32,000 bases of DNA from Pseudodesulfovibrio mercurii (GCF_000189295.2 NC_016803.1:2550001-2582000), one strand, 5' to 3'. Numbered from the stretch's first letter, positions 1-9,715 are shown. The notes: generated from the letters alone by a model not told the origin. Program-made: numbers and translations.

Positions 1-94
1 CGCAGGGGTGAGCCCCAGGACGGGGCGAATCAAGGCGACCCCCGGTAGGGCCGCCGGAGGCATCCCCCGCATCCTCGTCCGCGTGAGCCCCGGT

Positions 95-1630
95 TTAGCC
101 GGCGCCTTCGCGGTCCATGCTGCGGTAGTTGATGGCTTCGGCGAGGTGGTCGGGGCCGATGGTGCGGGCCTGGGCGAGGTCGGCGATGGTTCGGGAGATG
201 CGCAGGACGCGGGTGTAGGCCCGGGCGGACAGGCCGAGGGTTTCGACGGCCTGGCGGAGGAAGCGGTGCTCGTTGTCGCCGAGGGCGCAGAATTCTTCGA
301 GGGCGGCGCCGTCGAGTTCGGCGTTGAGGGAGAAGTGACGGCCCTGGTAGCGTTCGGCCTGGGTGCGCCGGGCGGCGAGGATATGGGCGCGCATGGTGGC
401 GGAGTCCATTTCCGAGCGGGTCTGGCGGAGTTTTTCGTAGGGCACGGCGGGCACGTCCACGTGCAGGTCGATGCGGTCGAGGAGGGGGCCGGAGATGCGC
501 GAGCGGTAGCGTTGGACGGCCAGCGGGGAGCAGGTGCAGGGGTGGTTTTCGTCGGACAGGTAGCCGCAGGGGCAGGGGTTCATGGCGGCCACGAGCATGA
601 CGTCGGCCGGGTATTTGAGGGTCATGAGCGAGCGGGAGATGGAGACCTCGCCGTCTTCGAGGGGTTGGCGCAGGACTTCGAGCACGGATTTTTTGAACTC
701 GGGCATTTCGTCGAGGAAGAGCACGCCGCGGTGGGCCAGGGAGGTCTCGCCGGGCTGGGGGTAGCGGCCGCCGCCGACCAGGCCCACGTCGGAGATGGTG
801 TGGTGCGGGGTGCGGAAGGGTCGGGTGACCATGAGGGCGCGGTCGGCCGGGAGCAGACCGGCCACGGAGTAGATCTTGGTCACCTCCAGGGCCTCTTCGA
901 AGGACAGGGGCGGCAGGACCGTGGGGATGCGTTTGGCGAGCATGGTCTTGCCCGAGCCGGGCGGGCCGATGAAGAGCAGGTTGTGGCCTCCGGCGGCGGC
1001 GATCTCGATGGCCCGCTTGGCGTGTTCCTGGCCCTTGACCTCGCCGAAGTCGACGAGATGGGTGGTCCGTTCGTTCCAGAGGGTGTCGATGTCCACGCTG
1101 GCCGGGGCGATGGTGTCTTCGCCCAGGAGCATGCGCACGACCCGGCCGAGGTCGGCGGCCCCGATGACGGCGAGGTCTCCGGCCACCGCGCCCTCGCGGC
1201 CGTTCTGTTCGGGCACGATGATGCCCCGGCCGCCTTCCTTGCGCGCGGCCAGGGCAAGGGGCAGGACGCCGGGCACGGACTTGAGGTCGCCGCTTAAGGA
1301 CAGTTCCCCGGCCAGGAACCAGCCGTCCACGGCCCGCTGGTCGATGACGCCCATGGCGGTGAGGATGCCGATGGCCAGCGGCAGGTCGTAGCCGCTGCCC
1401 TCCTTGCGCACGTCGGCCGGGGCGAGGTTCACGGTGATCCGGGCGGGCGGGACCTTGAAGCCGCAGTTCTTGAGGGCGGAGAAGACGCGCTCCTTGGATT
1501 CGCGCACCGCGCCCTCGGCCAGTCCGACCATGGTGAAGGCGGGCATGCCGGACCGGGAGAAGTCGACTTCGAGCTGGACCTTGAAGGCGTCGATGCCCAT
1601 GAGGGCGGCGCAGGAGATGGTGGCGATCAC
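95..1630 (-). CDS. yifB: YifB/ComM-family Mg-chelatase-like AAA+ ATPase
   Basis: The translation shows the family hallmarks: N-terminal ...ISCAALMGIDAFKVQLEVDFS, Walker A GPPGSGKTM, Walker B VLFLDEMPEF, and C-terminal YTRVLRISRTIADL. I trimmed the start from the 586-aa track ORF to the GTG at 1630, where family-like sequence begins. The 75 upstream codons are Pro/Arg-rich filler. Confidence 0.9.
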   Translation of the reverse strand: MIATISCAALMGIDAFKVQLEVDFSRSGMPAFTMVGLAEGAVRESKERVFSALKNCGFKVPPARITVNLAPADVRKEGSGYDLPLAIGILTAMGVIDQRAVDGWFLAGELSLSGDLKSVPGVLPLALAARKEGGRGIIVPEQNGREGAVAGDLAVIGAADLGRVVRMLLGEDTIAPASVDIDTLWNERTTHLVDFGEVKGQEHAKRAIEIAAAGGHNLLFIGPPGSGKTMLAKRIPTVLPPLSFEEALEVTKIYSVAGLLPADRALMVTRPFRTPHHTISDVGLVGGGRYPQPGETSLAHRGVLFLDEMPEFKKSVLEVLRQPLEDGEVSISRSLMTLKYPADVMLVAAMNPCPCGYLSDENHPCTCSPLAVQRYRSRISGPLLDRIDLHVDVPAVPYEKLRQTRSEMDSATMRAHILAARRTQAERYQGRHFSLNAELDGAALEEFCALGDNEHRFLRQAVETLGLSARAYTRVLRISRTIADLAQARTIGPDHLAEAINYRSMDREGAG

Positions 1631-1866
1631 GATTTCATCCGTGGGGACAAGGTGTTGGGGCGGGATGCCTGGGAAATGTGTACACGCATATCCATCCGCC
1701 TGTAAACCACCGGTCCCGCTGGGGCGGCAGGGGAGACGGAGCGGCCCTGCGCGGGGCGGGCGGCGCCGGGATTTCCCGGCGTCCGAAAAATAATAGCCCG
1801 ATTTTTCATGGCGACCCAGGATGGGCGTGATTCCCTTTTCAACATCGCATCGCAAAGGAGCACCCC

Positions 1867-3792
1867 ATGGGTATCCGTTCCAAACTCTTTTTGCCCCTGC
1901 TGGGCATGGCCCTGGTCATGCTGGTCGGCGGCTATCTGATGCTGCGGTCCCAGTTCGCGGACCTGGAGAACTCCTTCGTCTCCCTGATCATGCGGGGCAA
2001 GATCGAGGACGTGCAGCAGTCCATCACCCAGATTTCCGAGAGCGCCCTGCAGCAGGCCGCGCTGTTCAGCCGCATGCCCGAGGTGGTCGAGGCCTATGCC
2101 GAGGCCAACCGGGGGAACATGGACGACGAGGCCGACCCCACGCTTCAGGCGGCCAGGGAGCGGCTGCGCGCGTCGCTGGCCCCCACGCTCAAGGGGTACA
2201 AGGAGAGCGTGGGCAAGAGCGTCCAGCTCCATTTCCACCTGCCCACGGCCCGCAGCCTGCTGCGCACCTGGCGCGAGAAGCAGGCCAGGAAGAACGGCAA
2301 GTGGGTGGACATCTCCGACGACCTTTCCGGATTCCGCAACACGGTCATCGACGTGAACAGGACCCACAAGCCGGTCCAGGGCATCGAGCCGGGCCGAGGC
2401 GGGTTCACCATCCGGGGGCTGGCCCCTGTGACCGGGCCCGACGGGGCGCATCTCGGGTCCGTGGAGGTCCTGCTCGGGTTCGACAACATCCTCAAGACCA
2501 TGGAGGGTTCGGGGACCATCAGGGCCCTGCTGTACATGGACGCGAAGCTGCTGCCCGTGACCACCCAGTTGCAGGACCCGGCCAAGAACCCGGTCAAGGA
2601 CGGCAGGTTCGTGCTCATCTACGGCCAGAAGAACGAGACGGCGCGGGAATTGGCCACAACGGCCCTGCTGGAGGGCGGCATGCGCTCGTCCCTGGTGGAG
2701 GTCGTGGGGCATGACGGCGTGGCCGTGTTCCCGGTCAAGGACTACCGGGGGGACACCATCGGCGCCATCCTCCTGTCCATGGACATCTCGGGCCAGCAGG
2801 CCATGATGTCGGCCGTGGCCTGGATGGTCGGCATCGGGCTGCTCATCGTCGTAATCGTGCCCCTGGTGATCATCTTCTGGGTGGTGGAATATTCCGTGAA
2901 GCGGCCCATCCAGCAGTGTGCGGAACTGGCCTCGGACATCGCCCAGGGCAACCTGGAGAGCCGGACGTGCAAGATGCGTTCGGACGAGATGGGCATCATC
3001 CTGGAGGGCATGTGCGACATGAACGCCCACCTGGCCGACACCATCGGCAACATCCGCGACATCTCGCGCGAGGTGGCCGAGGGGTGCGGCGAGCTCTCCC
3101 AGGCCAGCGACAGCCTGTCCCAGGGGGCCAACCGGCAGGCCGCCGGGATCGAGGAGATCGCGGCCAGCCTGGAGGAGATGTCGGGCTCCATCCGCCAGAC
3201 CGCGGACATCGCGGCCAAGACCGAGACCACCGCGACCAAGGCGTCCAACGACGCCGAGACCGGGGGCCAGGCCGTGGCCCGCACCGTGGAGGCCATGAAG
3301 AAGATCGCGGACGAGATCGGGATCATCGAGGAGATCGCCCGCCAGACCAATCTGCTGGCCCTGAACGCGGCCATCGAGGCGGCCAGGGCCGGGGAGGCGG
3401 GCAAGGGGTTCGCCGTGGTTGCGGCCGAGGTGCGCAAGCTGGCCGAGCGCAGCGGCACGGCGGCGGCGGGCATCAGCGAGCTTTCCTCGAGCAGCGTGGC
3501 CGTGGCCGAGGAGGCCGGGGAACTGCTCAAGCGCATGGTCCCGGACATCAAGAGCACGGCCGAACTGATCCAGGAGATCGCGGCGGCCGCCGCCGAGCAG
3601 AGCCAGGGCATCGAGCAGGTGGCCCGGGCCATCCAGGACTCCGAGACCGTGGTCCAGCAGAACGCCTCCACCTCCGAGGAGGTCGCGGCCACGGCCGCCG
3701 CCCTGTCCGACAGCTCCCGGAGCCTGCACGAGGCCATCGGCCACTTCAAGCTGGGCGACGAGGACGGCGGGGACGGCCTGAAACGGTACTGA
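1867..3792 (+). CDS. Methyl-accepting chemotaxis protein with an N-terminal TM helix, periplasmic Cache-type sensor, HAMP domain and MCP signalling domain
   Basis: An AGGAG Shine-Dalgarno (SD) site precedes the ATG. The highly conserved MCP hairpin [34 protein letters not shown] is present. There are two TM segments (res ~7-27 and ~315-340). The periplasmic block [17 protein letters not shown]...[10 protein letters not shown] is typical of Cache sensors. Confidence 0.93.
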   Translation: MGIRSKLFLPLLGMALVMLVGGYLMLRSQFADLENSFVSLIMRGKIEDVQQSITQISESALQQAALFSRMPEVVEAYAEANRGNMDDEADPTLQAARERLRASLAPTLKGYKESVGKSVQLHFHLPTARSLLRTWREKQARKNGKWVDISDDLSGFRNTVIDVNRTHKPVQGIEPGRGGFTIRGLAPVTGPDGAHLGSVEVLLGFDNILKTMEGSGTIRALLYMDAKLLPVTTQLQDPAKNPVKDGRFVLIYGQKNETARELATTALLEGGMRSSLVEVVGHDGVAVFPVKDYRGDTIGAILLSMDISGQQAMMSAVAWMVGIGLLIVVIVPLVIIFWVVEYSVKRPIQQCAELASDIAQGNLESRTCKMRSDEMGIILEGMCDMNAHLADTIGNIRDISREVAEGCGELSQASDSLSQGANRQAAGIEEIAASLEEMSGSIRQTADIAAKTETTATKASNDAETGGQAVARTVEAMKKIADEIGIIEEIARQTNLLALNAAIEAARAGEAGKGFAVVAAEVRKLAERSGTAAAGISELSSSSVAVAEEAGELLKRMVPDIKSTAELIQEIAAAAAEQSQGIEQVARAIQDSETVVQQNASTSEEVAATAAALSDSSRSLHEAIGHFKLGDEDGGDGLKRY

Positions 3793-3860
3793 TGCCGCCC
3801 GCGACGCACCGCGCAAAGGGATGCGCGGGGGGCCGTTTCGCGTTTTCGACGGGCCGCCGG

Positions 3861-4823
3861 TCAGGGGGCGTCCACGACCTCCACCGGGAGTTGGACCGTG
3901 AAGCGGGCTCCCCGGCCCGGCGCGCTGTCCACCTCGATGGTCCCTCGGCAGCGTTCCATCAACCGCTTGACGATGGATAGGCCGATGCCCAGGCCCGGTC
4001 CGCCCGCGGTCGTGGAGAAGGGGTCGAAGATGGTCGCGAGGTCTTCGGCCCGGATGCCCCGGCCCGTGTCCGACACGGTCAGGACCAGCGCCTCGGCGGG
4101 ATTGTCCCGGGAGCCGAGTTCCACCCGGATGCCGCCCCGGTCGGTGTAGCGCACGGCGTTGCCCACCAGGTTCAGGGCCACCAGGCGCAGGACGCTTTCG
4201 CCGCCGCGCACCAGGGGGGGCGTGCCGTCGGCCGTTTCGGTGGTCAGGGCGAGCCCCCGGCTGCGCACCTGGAGCAGGGACATGTCCCGGACCGAGGCGA
4301 GCAGCTCGGCCGGGGAAAAGACGGTCGGGGCCGGCGCCATGGATTCCTGGCGGGAAAATTCGAGCACGCCGTCCACCAGGATGCCCAGCTTGCGGGCCGC
4401 CACCCCGGCCAGTTGGATGAGCTCTTCGCGTTCGCCCTGGTCCTCGGTCATGCGCAACAGCTCGAAGGCGTTGACGATGCCGATGAGGGGACTCTTCAGT
4501 TCGTGGCAGGCGGTGGTCAGGAAGGCCTCCCTGGATTGGTTCAGGCTGCGCAGGCTCTCGTGGGCCTTGGCCAGTTCCCGGCGGGACTCCTCCAGCAGCC
4601 GGGCCCGTTTGCGTAGCTCGCGGGTCCGGTTGAAGGAGAAGAGCACCAGGCAGACCAGGACCGCGGGCAGGATCAGGGCCAGCTCGTCCAGCTCCCAGCC
4701 CTCCCGCGCCCGGCTCCACCGGTGAAAGGCCTCGTAGGCGTCCAGCCGCACGAACAGCCAGATACCCGCCATCAGGACCGCCGCATAGACGGCCGTTTCC
4801 CCTATGTGCCTTTTTTCGATCAT
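3861..4823 (-). CDS. Sensor histidine kinase (2 TM + HisKA + HATPase_c), with no cognate response regulator adjacent
   Basis: H-box CHELKSPL, N-box LVGNAVRYT, G1 DTGRGI and G2 GLGIGLSIVKRL are present. I set the start at MIEKRH (ATG 4823, preceded by GGAGGG). The upstream part of the 425-aa track ORF is Arg/Pro-rich. Confidence 0.85.
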   Translation of the reverse strand: MIEKRHIGETAVYAAVLMAGIWLFVRLDAYEAFHRWSRAREGWELDELALILPAVLVCLVLFSFNRTRELRKRARLLEESRRELAKAHESLRSLNQSREAFLTTACHELKSPLIGIVNAFELLRMTEDQGEREELIQLAGVAARKLGILVDGVLEFSRQESMAPAPTVFSPAELLASVRDMSLLQVRSRGLALTTETADGTPPLVRGGESVLRLVALNLVGNAVRYTDRGGIRVELGSRDNPAEALVLTVSDTGRGIRAEDLATIFDPFSTTAGGPGLGIGLSIVKRLMERCRGTIEVDSAPGRGARFTVQLPVEVVDAP

Positions 4824-4987
4824 GCGCCCTCCGTAGCACAACACGAAATAAAGCGACAGCCATGTATAACAGCCTTGCGACGCGGCACCGCCGGACCCGG
4901 CGGGAGCCGGGCCGGGGCGAAGACAACCCTGGATTCCCGGCCCGTTCCCTGCTAGAACCAAGCGGCAAAGACACCCATGGAGGACAC

Positions 4988-5536
4988 ATGCGCATCCGAT
5001 TGCTCGCCCTGACGCTCGCCCTGCTGTTCGCGACATGCCTGACCGCCTGCTCCGCCAAGGACGAGGCCGCGCAACAGCCCGTCCCGGACCAGGCCGCCGC
5101 CCAGGCGACCCCCGCCGACGGGGACCAGGCCGCCGCATCCACCACTCGCGCCATCCAGGAGGTCATCCCGGAAGGCCCGCTGGGCCAGGTGCAGCTCAGG
5201 AACGGGAGCACCCTCAAGATCGACGCCCTGCAGAAGCTGGGCGGCGATTACTGGGTCTACGTCACCGGCAAGCTTAACGGCCGCTCCTCCACGGTGGTCA
5301 GCCTGACCCGCTTCCGCGACCTGATGAACTGGCAGTCCATCGTCTTCCAGGACCCGCACACCTTCACCATCACCAACCGGCAGGGCAAGGAGTGGGCCTT
5401 CGAGGAAGCCAACTTCTATCTGGGCAGCGACAAGCCCGGCACCTATGCCTTCTACGTCCTGGACGACCGGCTGGACCAGGTCCTGACCGAGGTCGACAAG
5501 GGCGAAGTGGCCAACATCGATTTCCTCGTCAAATAG
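4988..5536 (+). CDS. Hypothetical lipoprotein
   Basis: Signal peptide MRIRLLALTLALLFATCLTAC contains the lipobox LTAC. GGAGGA lies upstream of the ATG at 4988. High GC3 coding bias continues to the stop at 5536. Confidence 0.6.
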   Translation: MRIRLLALTLALLFATCLTACSAKDEAAQQPVPDQAAAQATPADGDQAAASTTRAIQEVIPEGPLGQVQLRNGSTLKIDALQKLGGDYWVYVTGKLNGRSSTVVSLTRFRDLMNWQSIVFQDPHTFTITNRQGKEWAFEEANFYLGSDKPGTYAFYVLDDRLDQVLTEVDKGEVANIDFLVK

Positions 5537-5591
5537 CTCGCGCGCCGGGCGCTCCGAACCCGCGAAGGCGTGGAAAAATCGCCTTCCCTTC

Positions 5592-5620
5592 TTGACGTCT
5601 AGAGATTCTCAAGATAATAT
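5592..5620 (+). promoter_or_regulatory. Near-consensus sigma70-type promoter TTGACG-N17-TAATAT
   Basis: TTGACG sits at 5592-5597, followed by a 17-nt spacer and TAATAT at 5615-5620. It lies in an AT-rich patch of a 361-bp intergenic region, about 270 nt upstream of the ATG at 5898. Confidence 0.4.
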
Positions 5621-5660
5621 ATCGATAAGTTCCGTTCCTTGATTTTCCTTGTTTTACAAG

Positions 5661-5680
5661 GGTGACGATTGGTGACGATT
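5661..5680 (+). repeat. Perfect tandem direct repeat GGTGACGATT x2
   Basis: Read directly: ggtgacgatt ggtgacgatt. The repeat lies about 40 nt downstream of the candidate promoter. Confidence 0.8.
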
Positions 5681-5897
5681 CTCACACCAGGAGGACAGGT
5701 GATCCGACTCGCGTTTGGCTCCGCGCCCCGCAAAGTGGTTGTCAGGCTTGGCAAAACGAACCCGCTCACCCCCATGAAAATCACACGCCCGAAGGCGGTG
5801 TCCTGCGTCTGGGACGCCCGGTTCCGGACCCGGCCCCGGCGGCTGGCCCTGGCCACCCGCGGTACCGCCTCCACAACCCCGAGGATGAACAGCTACC

Positions 5898-6929
5898 ATG
5901 GCAGATACTTATACGCATAAGGATTTGGCCGTGCTCTGCGGCGTCTCCGAGACGACCATCAAGAGCTACCGCCGCAAGTTTCCCGGTTTCATCCCGGTCC
6001 TGACCCGGGGCAAGCCCATCCGCTTCCGGCCCGAGGCGGGCGAGGTCTGCCTGAAGATCCGCGACTGCTTCGCCAAGGGGCTGTCCGTCAACGAGACTCA
6101 CAAGATCTTGAAGGAACACTTCAAGGAAGAGCCGTCCGCCCGGCAGCGCCGCGCGTCCGCCCCCGCGTCCGCCGCGCCCGCGCCGACCGGGACGACGGCC
6201 GGGGTCTCCGAGGAATACCTGGAGCGGTTCTTCACCACGGCGGGGCAGATGATGCAGGGCATGGCCGGGCTGGCCACGGCCCAGGCCAAGGCCGAACAGC
6301 GGCTGCGCCGGGTGGAGTCCGCCCTGGAAAAGCTCCTGGAGGTGGAGGCCGAGAACAGGGCCCTGTTCGCCCGGTTCCTGGACCGGCCCGCGCCGCAGGG
6401 AAGCGCCGCCCAGGCCGCCGAACCCGCGCCCGAGTTTGAACCCGCGTCCGAATTCGCGCCGGAGCCCGAGCCCCGGCCCGAACCGCGCCTGCGGGCGCGC
6501 CGCATCGTCAACGTGCGCGGCCCCGAGGGCGACGTGGCCTCCTACGCCCTGGAGCAGGAGGCCGAGGCGGAGCCGGAGGACTTCCCGGAGGGAGAGCACC
6601 CGTCGGACGCCTTCCTGACGACCCCCATCGTCATCCGCAACGAGCACGGTGAATTCCTCGGCGTGCCCGGCAGGCTCCCCCTGGCCGGGTTCATCGCCAT
6701 CCTGGTGCGCGGGGCCGACGGGACCTCGGTCCGCTGGACCCGGCGGGACGACGCCTGGATATTCACCATGACCGCGCCGGACAACGAGACCCACGACCTG
6801 TACTTCGTTTCCACCACCACCCCGCGCGGCAACCTGGTGGTCCTCCTAGAGCGGCTCGACGTCAACAACCTCCGGACCTCGCCCCAGTTCCTCCAGGAAT
6901 TTTTCCGCCAGGTGAAGGACAAGGCCTGA
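5898..6929 (+). CDS. HTH (MerR/excisionase-like) domain protein with a coiled-coil, a Pro/Glu-rich linker and a C-terminal domain of unknown function
   Basis: The N-terminus YTHKDLAVLCGVSETTIKSYRRKFPGFIP resembles a MerR-type HTH. A heptad-like stretch AQAKAEQRLRRVESALEKLLEVEAENRALF follows, then the PE-rich block EPAPEFEPASEFAPEPEPRPEP. Coding GC3 bias holds throughout. Confidence 0.65.
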   Translation: MADTYTHKDLAVLCGVSETTIKSYRRKFPGFIPVLTRGKPIRFRPEAGEVCLKIRDCFAKGLSVNETHKILKEHFKEEPSARQRRASAPASAAPAPTGTTAGVSEEYLERFFTTAGQMMQGMAGLATAQAKAEQRLRRVESALEKLLEVEAENRALFARFLDRPAPQGSAAQAAEPAPEFEPASEFAPEPEPRPEPRLRARRIVNVRGPEGDVASYALEQEAEAEPEDFPEGEHPSDAFLTTPIVIRNEHGEFLGVPGRLPLAGFIAILVRGADGTSVRWTRRDDAWIFTMTAPDNETHDLYFVSTTTPRGNLVVLLERLDVNNLRTSPQFLQEFFRQVKDKA

Positions 6930-6959
6930 GCCGGGCTTCCGGACTCCCCGGAACGAGAA

Positions 6960-6996
6960 GCGGCCCCGCCCGGATGACCGGGCGGGGCCGCTTTCC
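6960..6996. terminator. Hairpin terminator between convergent genes
   Basis: A perfect 14-bp stem gcggccccgcccgg / ccgggcggggccgc has loop atga and is followed by tttcc. The complementary strand also has a T-rich tail. Confidence 0.6.
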
Positions 6997-7012
6997 TGCG
7001 GAGGGTGGGCCG

Positions 7013-7993
7013 CTATTCCGGCTTGGGCGCCGGGGACGGGGCCACGGACTTGCCCCGGCTCCGGGCCATGGCCGTGCCGATGATCTCAGTGGCCGCGGCT
7101 ACCATGCCGCCCATGCCCGCCAGATCGGCCGGGATGATCATGGTGTTGTTGGTCTTGGCCAGCTTGCCGAACTCGGCGACGTACTGCTGGGCGACCTTGA
7201 GGTTCATGGCCTCGGGTCCGCCGGGCAGGTTGACGGCCTCGGCGACCTTGCGGATGCCTTCGGCGGTGGCTTCGGCCACGAGCAGGATTTCCTGGGCCTG
7301 GCCTTCGGCCTCGTTGATGCGCTTCTGCTTTTCGCCCTCGGACACGTGGATGGCCTCCTGGCGCAAGCCCTCGGCGCGGTTGATGCGCGACTGGCGGTCG
7401 CCCTCGGAGATGGCGATCTCGGCGCGCTTCTCGCGTTCGGCCTTCATCTGCGCCTCCATGGCGGCCATGACCGTGCCCGGAGGGGTGATGTCCTTGATCT
7501 CGTAGCGCATGACCTTGATGCCCCATTCCTGGGCGGCCTCGTCCACGGCCTGGACCACCGAGGCGTTGATGGACTCGCGCTCCTCGAAGGTCTTGTCCAG
7601 GTCGATCTTGCCGATGGCCGAGCGCAGGGAGGTCTGGGCCAGCTGGGAGGCGGCGATGTAGTAGTTCTCGATGCCGTAGGCGGACATCTTGGCGTCGATG
7701 ACCCGGATGTAGAGCACGCCGTCGATGGTCACGGACACGTTGTCGCGGGTGATGCAGGTCTGGGCCGGGACGTCCATGACCTCCTCCTTGAGGGAGCGCT
7801 TGTAGGCGATGCGGTCGATGAACGGGATGAGGATGTGCAGGCCCGCGCCGATGGTCTTGGCGTACTTGCCGAGCCGTTCGACCACGAACTGGCTTTTCTG
7901 GGGCACGACCACGGCGGTCTTGATGATCAGGACGACCACCAGCAGGACGAAGACCAGGGCCGTGATCAGGGAGGTCATGGTTGCGGGATCCAT
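7013..7993 (-). CDS. SPFH/band-7 (stomatin/QmcA-like) membrane protein
   Basis: An N-terminal TM helix is followed by VVPQKSQFVVERLGKY...GLHILIPFIDRI...TRDNVSVTIDGVLYIRV...WGIKVMRYEIKDITPP, which is classic SPFH. It sits immediately downstream of an NfeD gene. Confidence 0.92.
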   Translation of the reverse strand: MDPATMTSLITALVFVLLVVVLIIKTAVVVPQKSQFVVERLGKYAKTIGAGLHILIPFIDRIAYKRSLKEEVMDVPAQTCITRDNVSVTIDGVLYIRVIDAKMSAYGIENYYIAASQLAQTSLRSAIGKIDLDKTFEERESINASVVQAVDEAAQEWGIKVMRYEIKDITPPGTVMAAMEAQMKAEREKRAEIAISEGDRQSRINRAEGLRQEAIHVSEGEKQKRINEAEGQAQEILLVAEATAEGIRKVAEAVNLPGGPEAMNLKVAQQYVAEFGKLAKTNNTMIIPADLAGMGGMVAAATEIIGTAMARSRGKSVAPSPAPKPE

Positions 7994-7995
7994 AG

Positions 7996-8454
7996 CTATT
8001 GCTCCTTTTCCACCACGAAGGTGTTCACGTCGTTTTCGTCACGCTTGACGATGCGGACCACGGAGCCCGGCTCCACGGCCCGGCCGCTCCGGGCGTTCCA
8101 GAAGGACCCCTGGAACTTAATCCGGCCGGACTGGGGCGGGCGGATGGCCTCGACCACCTCGGCCAGGGAGCCGACCACGTTGGGTTCCGGCTCGTCCTCG
8201 GCCTTTTCGCCGGAAAAGGTCTTGGCCATTACCTTGCGCAGCAGGAGGATGAGGATGATGGAGGAGAGGCCGAAGACCACCAGCTGGACCTGGACCGAGG
8301 CCCCGAAAAAGGCCGTGGCCCCGGCGATGAACGCGCCCAGGCCGAAGAAGATGACGATGAAGGCGGGCACCACCAGTTCGGCGATGACGAAGAACACGCC
8401 CACGCCCAGCCAGACGAGCCACTGTATGTTTTGCGCCGAGGCGAAATATTCCAT
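7996..8454 (-). CDS. NfeD-family membrane protein (partner of the SPFH protein)
   Basis: The start at MEYFASAQ (ATG 8454) is preceded by GGAGG. Three hydrophobic helices are followed by a C-terminal OB-like domain GRIKFQGSFWNARS. The stop is 2 nt before the SPFH start. Confidence 0.85.
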   Translation of the reverse strand: MEYFASAQNIQWLVWLGVGVFFVIAELVVPAFIVIFFGLGAFIAGATAFFGASVQVQLVVFGLSSIILILLLRKVMAKTFSGEKAEDEPEPNVVGSLAEVVEAIRPPQSGRIKFQGSFWNARSGRAVEPGSVVRIVKRDENDVNTFVVEKEQ

Positions 8455-8528
8455 GGGACCTCCCGGGTCACCATGAAAAGTAGCGGATTCGGCGCGGCTT
8501 GTCGATACGGACCGGCCTTGGCCTGGAA

Positions 8529-8960
8529 CTACGGGGCCAGGACCTCGATGCGGTCGCCCCTTTTGACGGTCCCGCCCCGGATCACCCGGCCGAACACGCC
8601 CTCCAGGGGCATGATGCAGTGGCCCACCTGTTCGCGGATGGCGCACCCCTTGTGGCAGGTCTTGCCGATCTGGGTGATCTCGAGCAGGGTCCCGCCCACG
8701 GCCAGGCGCATGCCCGGCGCGAGCTCGGACGCGGCCAGGCCCGTGGTGGTGATGTTCTCCGCGAAGTCGCCCGCCTTGAGCGAGGCCAGGGCCGCGCGCA
8801 TGTCCTCAATGCGTTCGAAGGCCAGCAGGCTGACCTGCCGCTCGCTGCCGCCGTGGGCGTCGTGCTCCACGCCGTGGTCCTCGATCAGGGTGATGGCCTG
8901 AACTTCATGCTTCCTCTCGCCCTTGCGGTCGCTGATGTTGACCGCCAGTACCGTTCCCAT
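8529..8960 (-). CDS. MOSC domain-containing protein
   Basis: The start at MGTVLAVNIS (ATG 8960) is preceded by GGAGG. The motifs RQVSLLA...GDFAENITTTGL...G..LEITQIGKTCH are MOSC-like. Confidence 0.8.
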   Translation of the reverse strand: MGTVLAVNISDRKGERKHEVQAITLIEDHGVEHDAHGGSERQVSLLAFERIEDMRAALASLKAGDFAENITTTGLAASELAPGMRLAVGGTLLEITQIGKTCHKGCAIREQVGHCIMPLEGVFGRVIRGGTVKRGDRIEVLAP

Positions 8961-9144
8961 GTCGCCTCCGTGGTTGTATTCCAGACTGTTGAGGTATAGA
9001 TTTACTCCCACGTCCGGAAATGGCAAGCCCGGATCGCCTTGCCCGCATTTTTGCACGGTTCCGCTTGCACATTGTTGCGCCGGTCGGCCATCTGGGCTAG
9101 GGTGCATCCGTTTCCGGCGCCGATTCACGGAACCCCGAATACCC

Positions 9145-9594
9145 ATGAAAATCCGCATCCTTCTTTCGATACTCCTGCTCCTGGCCCTGGTTCTGCCCGC
9201 GCGGGCCCAGGACCCGGACTATTTGTCCATCATGGCCCACGAGTCCGAGATCAAGGCCATCGCCACGGTGGTCAAGGTCCAGATCATGGCCAACAACGCC
9301 GACGGCACCCTCAAGAACGTGACCTTCAAGACCGACTACGCCATCACGCCCTACGTACCCAAGAATTTCATCGGCGGGTGCAAGACCCTGGAGAGCGGCT
9401 GGCAGAAACGGGCCGAGGGCATGGTCTACTTCAATCCCAAGCCCGGCCAGAAGGTCTTCGTCACCGTGACCACCAACGGCGGGGCCATCACCAGCCTCAC
9501 GCCCATGAACGCCGCCCTGGACCACGTCATCCGCAACGAGCCCTACCGGCTGAACTACAGCCACGGCAAGGCGTCCATCCAACCGCGCGACTGA
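9145..9594 (+). CDS. Secreted hypothetical protein
   Basis: Signal peptide MKIRILLSILLLLALVLPARA-QD, with coding bias to the stop at 9594. I did not recognise a family. Confidence 0.6.
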   Translation: MKIRILLSILLLLALVLPARAQDPDYLSIMAHESEIKAIATVVKVQIMANNADGTLKNVTFKTDYAITPYVPKNFIGGCKTLESGWQKRAEGMVYFNPKPGQKVFVTVTTNGGAITSLTPMNAALDHVIRNEPYRLNYSHGKASIQPRD

Positions 9595-9658
9595 TCGCCG
9601 CGTTCCGGCCTCCGCGACCAAATCCGCGTTTTTTTTTGCCGCACCTCGGGTCGCGCCC

Positions 9659-9692
9659 TTGACTTGGCCGAACATTTGGCTATATTGCCAAA
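9659..9692 (+). promoter_or_regulatory. Promoter TTGACT-N16-TATATT overlapped by inverted repeat TTTGGC-N6-GCCAAA (candidate ArsR operator 1)
   Basis: TTGACT is at 9659-9664 and TATATT at 9681-9686. The perfect inverted repeat spans 9675-9680 / 9687-9692 and brackets the -10 hexamer. Confidence 0.55.
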
Positions 9693-9715
9693 CGTAGACC
9701 ACGGAGGAACAGGTG

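Noticed and set aside
8-1297. 429-aa plus-strand ORF antisense to yifB. Similar long antisense ORFs occur at 5781-6794, 6974-8476, 9680-11224, 12713-14056, 16703-18217, 18629-20212, 21731-23146, 23633-25048, 25069-26796, 27844-28923 and 28851-29831
   Set aside because: Each lies opposite a gene with strong family motifs, SD sites and operon logic. Their translations are low-complexity G/A/R/D/H/V strings. Stop-codon depletion on the antisense strand is expected at this GC content.
3793-3860. Terminator between the convergent MCP and histidine kinase genes
   Set aside because: Only short stems (ccgcgca/tgcgcgg) without a convincing T-tract are present. I could not define a terminator with confidence.
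1627-5217. 1196-aa minus-strand ORF, the longest in the track
   Set aside because: It runs antisense to the well-supported MCP gene and then out of frame over the histidine kinase and the lipoprotein gene. Its composition is Arg/Gly/Pro/Ala-dominated with no recognisable motif. This is a typical high-GC shadow ORF.
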